Assembly: GCA_035250975.1 (NCBI GenBank) | Contig: DATFEP010000057.1 | Location: 1 to 14,589 of the forward strand | Direction of reading: 5' to 3' | DNA: 14,589 bases | Source of the DNA: Nitrososphaeraceae archaeon | Lineage (GTDB): Archaea > Thermoproteota > Nitrososphaeria > Nitrososphaerales > Nitrososphaeraceae | Shown: positions 1 through 7,703 of the stretch, piece by piece | Position numbering within the stretch: the first letter of the stretch is position 1 | How the letters are laid out: every line of letters starts with the position of its first letter | Program-made: the position numbers and the translations under genes | Notes under the pieces: model-generated | Told to the model about the DNA's origin: nothing | Databases searched by the model: none | The model's input: only the letters and a program-made list of their open reading frames with translations

Positions 1-312
1 AAAATTCATATTCCTAATTTGGATGATGGAGAATTTGCTTTTGTGGAATGGTTAAATTCAGAAAATAAAAACTCTCCTGTTAATCATATGATACTTAAAA
101 GATATGAAAAAGATAAAGAATCTATTATAAATGATAATACTCTACATTCTGACGTGATAATAACCATCAATGATGGTGTTCCATTTTGTACATATTGTAA
201 AGATGATAGTTGTGCACATGTAGGATTTACAATATGTGTAATGCAATTGTCTGAAAGAAAAGGAATTCTGATAGGTGAAGATGAAAGTATTCTAGATTTA
301 CTGAAGGACTAA
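1..312 (+). CDS. Hypothetical protein with C-terminal CxxC-x4-CxH putative Zn-binding motif; possibly 5'-truncated by the window edge
   Basis: Frame is open from base 1 (KIHIPNL...), so the TTG at 19 may not be the true start. Contains CTYCKDDSCAHVGF. Stop TAA at 310-312, convergent with the antiporter. Confidence 0.7.
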   Translation, partial: KIHIPNLDDGEFAFVEWLNSENKNSPVNHMILKRYEKDKESIINDNTLHSDVIITINDGVPFCTYCKDDSCAHVGFTICVMQLSERKGILIGEDESILDLLKD

Positions 313-349
313 GATAATTAATACTGACATATGATTTACTATTAATTTT

Positions 350-1568
350 TTATTTATCATTTTCTTTTTCTTCATTTTTAGATGATAATATCTTGTCTGG
401 TAGTTTCCAACCTAGTTTAATCATATAAGGAGAGATAAATGTTGTAATTATGGTCATTGCTCCTATCATTGGAAGAAGAAATGTGCTTGTAAGACCTGTA
501 TCTGCTCCACCTTTTGCAACAACAAGTGCTAGTTCTCCTCCTGATGAAGATAAACCAAAAGCTGCCTTCATAGAAGTTGCTGAACTAAATCGTTGCGATT
601 TTGATGAGAAATACCGTTAGAAATTTAGCAGAAATTGAAACTATTACCAAGATTGAAGCTGGAATAACAAATACCACTAATAACGACATATCCATTAGTG
701 CACCAACAGATACAAAAAATATTGCCCCAAACATATCTCTAATTGGAGTTGCTAAAATTCTTGTAACTGCATGAACTTTTGATTCTGCTATCAGTACACC
801 AGCAAAGAATACACCCGTTGCTACTGAGATTCCTATTTGGTAAGATATAAAAGCTAACCCAAATGCCACCCCTAGAATCACTAGTATTAGAACCTCATGT
901 TGATTGAATTTTCCAATAAAATTGATAAATCTTGGTATAGTTTTTGATCCTAAAAACAAGACTCCAAAAATAAATGCAATTGTTATACTAATAGATATTA
1001 AAATATCAACAACCGATAAGTCCCCTGATGACGAACTAATAGATTGTAATACTGCCAACATTGAGATAATTAGGATATCTTCCATTACTGCTACTCCCAG
1101 AACTATATAAGACGCCTCTTCCTTGATTATATCAAGCTCTTCTAATACCTTCATAATAATAATGGTACTAGTAACTGAAATTGCAAGTGCAACAAATGCT
1201 GAATCGAAAAGTGAAAAATTTAGAAGAAAGAAACTTACAGAAAAACCTATCGCAAATGTTCCAAATGCTTCTGATGTTGCTATTGTTAATGCTTTCTTTC
1301 CAATCTTGCGTAGTTTGTCTATAGGAAATTCCATACCAACAACAAATAACAAAAGAATTATACCCATTTCTGCAAATAAATTCAAAATATCTAGATTTAA
1401 TATTAAACTAAATGGTGGAGTATGTGGACCGATGATCATTCCTGCAAGGATATAACCAATAACTAGCGGTTGTTTAAATTTAAATGAGATGAATGCCATG
1501 ACAGACGCGATAATCATAATAACTGAAAAATCTTGAATGAACTGTCCGACCTCAATACCAACAACCAT
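350..1568 (-). pseudogene. CPA2-family (Kef-like) cation:proton antiporter, frameshifted near 605-611 (pseudogene, sequencing error or recoding)
   Basis: The 330-aa ORF has CPA2 motifs (QPLVIGYILAGMIIGP, LLFVVGME, S.TST.I..K.L.E, MEDI, FFVSVG, AKF). The 73-aa ORF supplies the C-terminal helices (GGELALVVA ... TTFISPY). The downstream frame is open back to the junction (SSKSQRFSSATSMKAAF). Joined length is about 405-406 aa from ATG 1568; TTG 1577 is an alternative start. Confidence 0.85.
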
Positions 1569-1776
1569 TATAAACAAACTACAAAATAAAGAGTATAAGA
1601 ACTAAAGGAATTCGAAATTAAATATATTTATGGATAAATACTACAAGAATACTCCAAAAACCAATATATGTTATATTGTTTACTAGAACGGATCTTGATA
1701 ATACTCTTTCCAGTTTATGTTCTTTTAGCAGTCTACAATAAAATCCAAAAATATCTGTAATCCAGAGTACCTTTAT

Positions 1777-1810
1777 ACAGGAAAGCATCAAATAATAGAT
1801 GCTTTCTTGT
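1777..1810. other. Inverted repeat / hairpin in intergenic DNA
   Basis: ACAGGAAAGCATC-aaataata-GATGCTTTCTTGT: perfect 9-bp core (1781-1789 with 1798-1806), 13 bp with one G:T. Confidence 0.5.
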
Positions 1811-2326
1811 CAGTTTTGTACCAATCAACGTAAATAAATCTACTTTGCCATACAATAAAGTGTTGTATCAATTTAGTTACAGATTTATATAATATTCATT
1901 ATAAAACTTTGAAACATTATATTTTTATCAATTAAGTCAAGTCAACGGAGTCATTTATGTTTTTATTCTTTGTTTATCTATAGGACTTACAGATTATTTT
2001 TATATTTCTTCTATCGGTATAATTTCATAGTAAATTATCCATTTTTTTCATAAGAAATCTCTTGATATTGTAAATAAGAACCTTATAATATCTTATTTGA
2101 ACATAATTAAAAAGATAAAAAATATAAAATCAGAATTTATAGAAAGTCGATTTGTAATAAATATTACATTACATCTTTTTTAATACAATTGCAAAAAATA
2201 TATGTATACATCTCATGTATTATTATAATTGAACAGTCACGTATAAACGATATACTTCAACAAAATTTTAATTTGGTGTGACTAATATTTTTTGTATATT
2301 ACTGCGCTTTCTCAGCTGCCAATACA

Positions 2327-2335
2327 TTTTTAAAT
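2327..2335 (+). promoter_or_regulatory. Candidate archaeal TATA box for aIF-1A
   Basis: TTTTTAAAT about 27-35 nt upstream of the ATG at 2362. The AT-rich background limits specificity. Confidence 0.35.
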
Positions 2336-2371
2336 TACTCTATATCTAAATTAATTAAGGAATGATCAGAT

Positions 2372-2683
2372 TTAGGTAAAAGAAAAGTTTTGAATGAGGC
2401 TGAGCTTAAGGAGCTTGTGATGCCGCATGAAGGAGAAATGTTTGGAAGAGTTATCAAACTAGTAGGAGGAGATAACGTTATTGTAAAATGTACTGATGGA
2501 AAAATTCGTACATGTCGTATTCGTGGAAAAATTAAAAGACGAATGTGGATCAGAGAAAATGATCTAGTTCTTCTTGCTCCATGGGATTTTCAATCAGAAA
2601 AAGCTGATATTATCTGGAGGTATATTGCCGCTCACGCCGACAAATTAGAACAAGATGGTCATCTACAAGGATTAAATAAATAG
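2372..2683 (+). CDS. eif1a: Archaeal translation initiation factor aIF-1A (eIF1A); start uncertain (TTA 2372 or TTG 2390)
   Basis: OB-fold signature GRVIKLVGGD..VKCTDGKIRTCRIRGKIKRRMWIRENDLVLLAPWDFQ..KADIIWRY. The in-frame upstream extension reads TTA-GGT-AAA-AGA-AAA-GTT-TTG (L-G-K-R-K-V-L), bounded by TGA at 2363-2365. Confidence 0.93.
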   Translation, partial: LGKRKVLNEAELKELVMPHEGEMFGRVIKLVGGDNVIVKCTDGKIRTCRIRGKIKRRMWIRENDLVLLAPWDFQSEKADIIWRYIAAHADKLEQDGHLQGLNK

Positions 2684-2709
2684 ATATTATTATAACTATT
2701 TTATCCATT

Positions 2710-2734
2710 GCTTCAAATTTATTGCAATTTGAGC
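2710..2734. terminator. Possible hairpin between convergent aIF-1A and hisF
   Basis: GC(T)TCAAATT-tattgc-AATTTGAGC: 9-bp stem with a 1-nt bulge in the 74-bp convergent spacer. Confidence 0.25.
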
Positions 2735-2757
2735 TTTAACCAATAATGCTTTGTCTT

Positions 2758-3585
2758 TTATATTCTGACATGAATATTATTTCTTTTTAAGAATCTTTTT
2801 ACCTTATTTATTGTTGATTTTTCATAATGGAATATCGAGGCAGCTAATGCTGCATCTACATTCGTTTTTTTAAAGACTTCTAACATATGCATAGCTTTAC
2901 CACAGCCACCAGAAGCTATGACCGGAATACTTACTGTCTTACAAATAACATCATTCAATTTCAAATCATACCCTTCTTCTGTTCCATCTGCATCAATGCT
3001 TGTCAAAAGAATTTCACCCGCACCTAATTTTTCTACTTCTCGCGCCCATTCTATAGCATCTATACCAGTACCCTCTTTTCCACCGTAAATTCTTACCTCA
3101 AACCAGTATTTTTTAATCATATTATTATTCTTGTCATATTCTTTTATTATATTCTTTTTTTTGGTATCTAAATCATTATATTTTTTTTTAACGTCGATCG
3201 CAACAACTATACATTGTCTTCCAAAAATAGACATCAGCTCTGTGATTAATTCAGGATTCTTCACTGCACCTGTATTGATAGAGACTTTATCTGCTCCGCT
3301 TAATAGCATATCTCTCGCATCCTCAAGTCTCTTGATTCCGCCACCTACTGTAAATGGAATATCTATTACCCTTGCTACATTTCGTACTACTTTCTTTATT
3401 ATCTCGCGTCTCTGTTGTGAGGCTGTAATATCCAAGAAGACAAGTTCATCTGCTCCTTGTTGTGTATATCTATTAGCAAATTCTACCGGGTCGCCAGCAT
3501 CCTTTACTTCTTTAAACTTTATTCCCTTAACTACTCTTCCATTATCTACATCTAAACAAGGTATGATTCTCTTTGCTAATGTCAT
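2758..3585 (-). CDS. hisF: Imidazole glycerol phosphate synthase, cyclase subunit HisF
   Basis: [79 protein letters not shown]. Confidence 0.98.
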   Translation of the reverse strand: MTLAKRIIPCLDVDNGRVVKGIKFKEVKDAGDPVEFANRYTQQGADELVFLDITASQQRREIIKKVVRNVARVIDIPFTVGGGIKRLEDARDMLLSGADKVSINTGAVKNPELITELMSIFGRQCIVVAIDVKKKYNDLDTKKKNIIKEYDKNNNMIKKYWFEVRIYGGKEGTGIDAIEWAREVEKLGAGEILLTSIDADGTEEGYDLKLNDVICKTVSIPVIASGGCGKAMHMLEVFKKTNVDAALAASIFHYEKSTINKVKRFLKRNNIHVRI

Positions 3586-3588
3586 AAT

Positions 3589-4311
3589 TCAGACAACCGT
3601 TCTTGCTTTTTTTACATCTATTTTTCCATCATAAATGGACTTTCCAAGTATAACTGCAGAACAACCAATATTTTTTACTCTTATAATATCTTCAACACTT
3701 GAAATTCCCCCACTAGCAATTATTTTTGAACCGAAAATATTTGATGCGTAAGATAACATGTTTATATCAGGTCCATTTAAAGTACCATCCCTTTCTACTG
3801 TTGTTAACAAAAATTCTTTGATTCCTTTTGCCATAAAGAGCTTTACTGCTTCACTTACTTTAAATCCAGAGGGCCGTCTCCATCCATCAATCATTACTAT
3901 TCCCTTATTTTGATCTATTGAAACAATTATCTTCTCCAATTTTTCTTTTGGAACTTGTTGAAAGACATTTGGCTGTTTATATGCCAATGTTCCAATCACA
4001 ATTTTTTCTGCATTTCCATACAACATCTCGTTAATAGCTTCAATTGATCTTATTCCTCCTGCCACTTGAACAGGAATTTTTACTGATTCTATAATTTTCA
4101 ATACTATATCTTTGTTGTTTTTGTTGTCATTCCATCCTGTTCTTAATGTAGCATCGAGATCTACAACATGTATTCTGTCAACTTCATAACTTTCAAAATT
4201 TTTTGCAATTTCAATAGGATCATTACTATAAACAATTTTGTTTTGCGGATCTCCCTTAATCAATCTTACAACTTTTCCCTCAAGAATATCAATAGCAGGT
4301 ATTATTTTCAT
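3589..4311 (-). CDS. hisA: ProFAR isomerase HisA
   Basis: MKIIPAIDILEGKVVRL..G, HVVDLD, VQVAGGIRS, VSID, ERDGTLNG, IIASGG. ATGA overlap with the hisH stop. Confidence 0.96.
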   Translation of the reverse strand: MKIIPAIDILEGKVVRLIKGDPQNKIVYSNDPIEIAKNFESYEVDRIHVVDLDATLRTGWNDNKNNKDIVLKIIESVKIPVQVAGGIRSIEAINEMLYGNAEKIVIGTLAYKQPNVFQQVPKEKLEKIIVSIDQNKGIVMIDGWRRPSGFKVSEAVKLFMAKGIKEFLLTTVERDGTLNGPDINMLSYASNIFGSKIIASGGISSVEDIIRVKNIGCSAVILGKSIYDGKIDVKKARTVV

Positions 4312-4928
4312 TTTTTATTATCACACACATTTAAAAAATTTTTGATTATTTTTTCTCCATTATTACCAGATTTTTCAGGATGAAATTGTGTTCCGAATAT
4401 ATTGTCTTTTTCGATAACAACGGGTATATCTTTTCCATAAATAGATTTGGCAACTATTATATCTTTATTCACAGGAACGATGTAATATGAATGAACAAAA
4501 TATGCCCATGCCTCATTTTCTATTCCAGATAAAATTTTACTATCTTTATTAGTTATATCAAGATTGTTCCAACCCATATGCGGAATTTTAACTTTCTTTT
4601 TAGGTAGCATAATTACGTTACCATCAAAAATTCTCAATCCTTCTAATTCTCCTTCTTCACTTTTTTTAAATAACATTTCCATTCCTAAGCAAATTCCAAG
4701 TACGGGAATCTTCCTATCTATGAGATCACAAAAATTTTCTCTATATGGTTCAATTGATCTTATTGCAGGATCAAAATTTCCAACTCCTGGAAGAATCAAT
4801 CCATTATATCTATTAACATTTTTTAAGGTTTTAATAATTGAAACATGTTTAGCTCCATTTCTTTCTAACGCACATTTCAGACTATATAAATTGCCAGCAC
4901 CATAATCAAAAATTGCTATATCACTCAC
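4308..4928 (-). CDS. hisH: Imidazole glycerol phosphate synthase, glutamine amidotransferase subunit HisH
   Basis: DYGAGN, LPGVG, GICLGM (nucleophile Cys), PHMGWN, YFVHSY, QFHPEKS. GTG start 3 nt after the hisB stop. Confidence 0.97.
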   Translation of the reverse strand: MSDIAIFDYGAGNLYSLKCALERNGAKHVSIIKTLKNVNRYNGLILPGVGNFDPAIRSIEPYRENFCDLIDRKIPVLGICLGMEMLFKKSEEGELEGLRIFDGNVIMLPKKKVKIPHMGWNNLDITNKDSKILSGIENEAWAYFVHSYYIVPVNKDIIVAKSIYGKDIPVVIEKDNIFGTQFHPEKSGNNGEKIIKNFLNVCDNKK

Positions 4929-4931
4929 TAT

Positions 4932-5549
4932 CTACATTACACCTTTTGTACTTGGGATGTCATTTTGTTTGGGATCTATCTTAACAGCCATTCGAAATGC
5001 TACTGCAAAAGCCTTCATCGCCGCTTCAATCTTGTGGTGATCGTTGTCTCCATATTGAACATAAACGTGAATACATCCATTTATATTTTGTAACAAACTC
5101 TCAACGAAATGTTCTAAATCTTCCTTGGGTATTCCTTCAACTTCTTTTCTTGCAAGTCCTAAACTCGATTTAGAATATTGTCTTTTAACAAGATCAATCG
5201 ATGAAACAGCCACTGATTCGTCCATAGGAATAGTTGCATATCCAAATCTACTAATTTTTGTCCTATCTGATAGGGCATTATTTATTGCTTGACCAATAGT
5301 TATTGCTACATCTTCTATTAGGTGATGAGATATTTTGTCGTTTGATTTTGCTTCCAAGTTGATATCTGTCATACTGTGTTTACCAAATGTTGATACGAGA
5401 TGATCAATAAACGGATATCCTGTTCTAATGTTAACTAATCCTGTTCCATCGATATTAACTTCTACTTTAATGCTCGTCTCTTTGGTATTCCTTTCTTTCT
5501 TCATATGCCTCATGTAAGATACATTGGTATCAGGAGAATCAGAATTCAA
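4932..5549 (-). CDS. hisB: Monofunctional imidazoleglycerol-phosphate dehydratase
   Basis: RNTKET, FIDHL, HHLIED, PMDES, NDHHKIEA..KA, PSTKG. No N-terminal phosphatase domain. ATG at 5513 is an alternative start. Confidence 0.96.
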   Translation of the reverse strand: MNSDSPDTNVSYMRHMKKERNTKETSIKVEVNIDGTGLVNIRTGYPFIDHLVSTFGKHSMTDINLEAKSNDKISHHLIEDVAITIGQAINNALSDRTKISRFGYATIPMDESVAVSSIDLVKRQYSKSSLGLARKEVEGIPKEDLEHFVESLLQNINGCIHVYVQYGDNDHHKIEAAMKAFAVAFRMAVKIDPKQNDIPSTKGVM

Positions 5550-5564
5550 CTAAGTATATTTTTA

Positions 5565-6614
5565 TCATACTTTATTTAATACATTTGGTAAATTGTTAAT
5601 ACTTTTAATAATAAAATCTGCATTTTTATCTTTAAATTTGTTAATTAATTCTTGTTGATTAGTGCTACAGCCATACACTCCACAAAAAAATACTTTTCTT
5701 CTTTCACCTTTTTTCCTCTTTGTTAGATTTACCTCTCTTTCGGCTCTTTTAGCCATTATTGAATCCTCAATCGAATCTCCACAATATATAATGTCATCAT
5801 TAAAACCCATACATTTCATTACTGTTATCAAACCATGTGGATTTGGTTTGGCATATCTTCTTTTTTCATCTTCAAGAAATATGCTCTTATTGCCATTTAA
5901 CAATATGAATTTTCTTCCTAACGAAAACTTAGCAGCGATCTTACTCCTTCCAGAAACCATTGCAATCTTGCCATCGAATTTATTCGACAAAGCTCTAATA
6001 GTATTGTTAGTAATTATTATCTTGTCATTTTCTATTAATGGTTTACCAAAATAATAGGTTGTGTCAAATCCATATTTCATTCTAAATAATTTTTGTCCAT
6101 AAAAAAATTCATCAAATACCGTAGAAACTATACTTTTTCCAACTGGTCCAGGATAATTCAAATATTTTTTGATTTTATCAAAATCTAAATCATTTTTCTC
6201 TGACAATTTTTTACTAGAGTAATTTAATGATTTTTTCAAAAATTTTTCGACGGATATTATTCCACAATCATCCGAATTCTCTGCTGTTCTAAAAAGAAAT
6301 CTTTTCAAATCATCATTTTGCAAATTAGAATTTAATAACAAAGTAAGAGTAATAGCATAGCTTGTATCTGTATCGTTGTTAAATCCTCCTGATTGTCTAA
6401 ATCTCGAAATTATATTGTCTGAAACAATATTTTTGGAACCATATGTTTTCAAATGATTTGTTATAAATCGTGTTGTTTTTTTTATCGCTTCGTTATAAGA
6501 TTTTCTGACATCTATCAATACTCCATCAATATCAACAATAATAGAAGTGACTCTAATGTTATTATATTTTGTATTCGAGGAAATGAAATCTGTCTCTGTT
6601 ATTTTGTTATACAT
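5565..6614 (-). CDS. HAD-superfamily hydrolase in the his operon; candidate histidinol-phosphate phosphatase
   Basis: Motif I DIDGVLIDV, cap GGFNND, motif II VSGR, motif III KPNP, motif IV GDSIED. Overlaps the hisC stop by 8 nt and is followed by hisB. Confidence 0.85.
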   Translation of the reverse strand: MYNKITETDFISSNTKYNNIRVTSIIVDIDGVLIDVRKSYNEAIKKTTRFITNHLKTYGSKNIVSDNIISRFRQSGGFNNDTDTSYAITLTLLLNSNLQNDDLKRFLFRTAENSDDCGIISVEKFLKKSLNYSSKKLSEKNDLDFDKIKKYLNYPGPVGKSIVSTVFDEFFYGQKLFRMKYGFDTTYYFGKPLIENDKIIITNNTIRALSNKFDGKIAMVSGRSKIAAKFSLGRKFILLNGNKSIFLEDEKRRYAKPNPHGLITVMKCMGFNDDIIYCGDSIEDSIMAKRAEREVNLTKRKKGERRKVFFCGVYGCSTNQQELINKFKDKNADFIIKSINNLPNVLNKV

Positions 6615-7689
6615 TATATACCTTGTGTAATACTTTCAGAAACCTATCATTCATTTCTTTCGTTCCAATTGTTACTCTAATATATCTTCCTTCTCTACCT
6701 TCAATTTTTCCTAATGCTTTTACCCTGATTTTTTCCTTTTCTAATGTTTCTAGAATTGTAATATATTTATCAATATCTATGATCTGGATGAAGATAAAAT
6801 TAGTATCGCTTTTAAAAACTCGTATTCGATTTTTTGTAGATTTTAAATGGTTATATATACATTCTCTTTCCTTTTTAATTACTTTTACAACATCTTTAAT
6901 ATAGTCAGAATTTTTCAAAATTTCAGTGCCTATACATAGTGATAAGGTATTGATAGGATAGGGAGATTGTATAACCGATTTGAAAATATTTGTGAATTTC
7001 TCATTGGAAATACAATAACCCAATCTTGCCCCTGCCAAACCAACTGCTTTCGATAATGTTCTCAAAACTATAACATTGTCTTTTTTTATTATATTCGCAG
7101 CAATCGAATAATTAGCAAATTCTACATATGCCTCATCTATTATTATCAGTTTATCATCTAACTGATTAATAATTTCTAATAATTGTCCTTTTTCTATCTG
7201 ATTTCCTGTAGGATTATTTGGTGAACAAATATATATTATTTGAGATTTTTTTGCACTCTTGATGAATTCTGGTTTATCCAGAGAGTTATCTTCCTTTTGA
7301 AGGGGTACTTTATCTACTGTAACAGAATAAAGCTTACACCTATCTACAAAGTATGTAAATGTAGGAGTAAAAGTAGTTACTCGATTCTTTTTTCCAAAAA
7401 TTGATAATACCAGATCTATTATCTGATCAGAACCATTGCCTATCGATAAATACTTTTTACTTATTTTTGTATATTGTGATAGTGCCATGTAGAAGTCTTC
7501 AACCTGTTGTAATGGGTATTCTCTTAGATCAACTTCTTTTGATACTTTTAATGCAATATCTCTAATGAAGTCACTTTTTAAAACAAGATTTTCATTAGAG
7601 TCTAATTTTATTCCATCATTTTTTTTAGGTTTGATATATGCTTCAATTTTGACTAATTCATTAAATCTTTTTTCAAGCCAATTTTGCAT
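6607..7689 (-). CDS. hisC: Histidinol-phosphate aminotransferase
   Basis: KLDSNEN, GNGSDQII, CSPNNPTG, IDEAY, RTLSKAVGLAGARLGY (PLP Lys), IRVTIG; operon context. Confidence 0.95.
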   Translation of the reverse strand: MQNWLEKRFNELVKIEAYIKPKKNDGIKLDSNENLVLKSDFIRDIALKVSKEVDLREYPLQQVEDFYMALSQYTKISKKYLSIGNGSDQIIDLVLSIFGKKNRVTTFTPTFTYFVDRCKLYSVTVDKVPLQKEDNSLDKPEFIKSAKKSQIIYICSPNNPTGNQIEKGQLLEIINQLDDKLIIIDEAYVEFANYSIAANIIKKDNVIVLRTLSKAVGLAGARLGYCISNEKFTNIFKSVIQSPYPINTLSLCIGTEILKNSDYIKDVVKVIKKERECIYNHLKSTKNRIRVFKSDTNFIFIQIIDIDKYITILETLEKEKIRVKALGKIEGREGRYIRVTIGTKEMNDRFLKVLHKVYNV

Positions 7690-7703
7690 AACTAATTTTC
7701 ATC

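Noticed and set aside
350-571. 73-aa ORF as an independent gene
   Set aside because: It is the C-terminus of the frameshifted CPA2 antiporter; its frame is open upstream to the junction.
1578-2371. CRISPR array, replication origin or IS remnant in the long intergenic region
   Set aside because: No regularly spaced direct repeats, no ORB-like G-string repeats or adjacent cdc6, and no transposase-like translation noticed.
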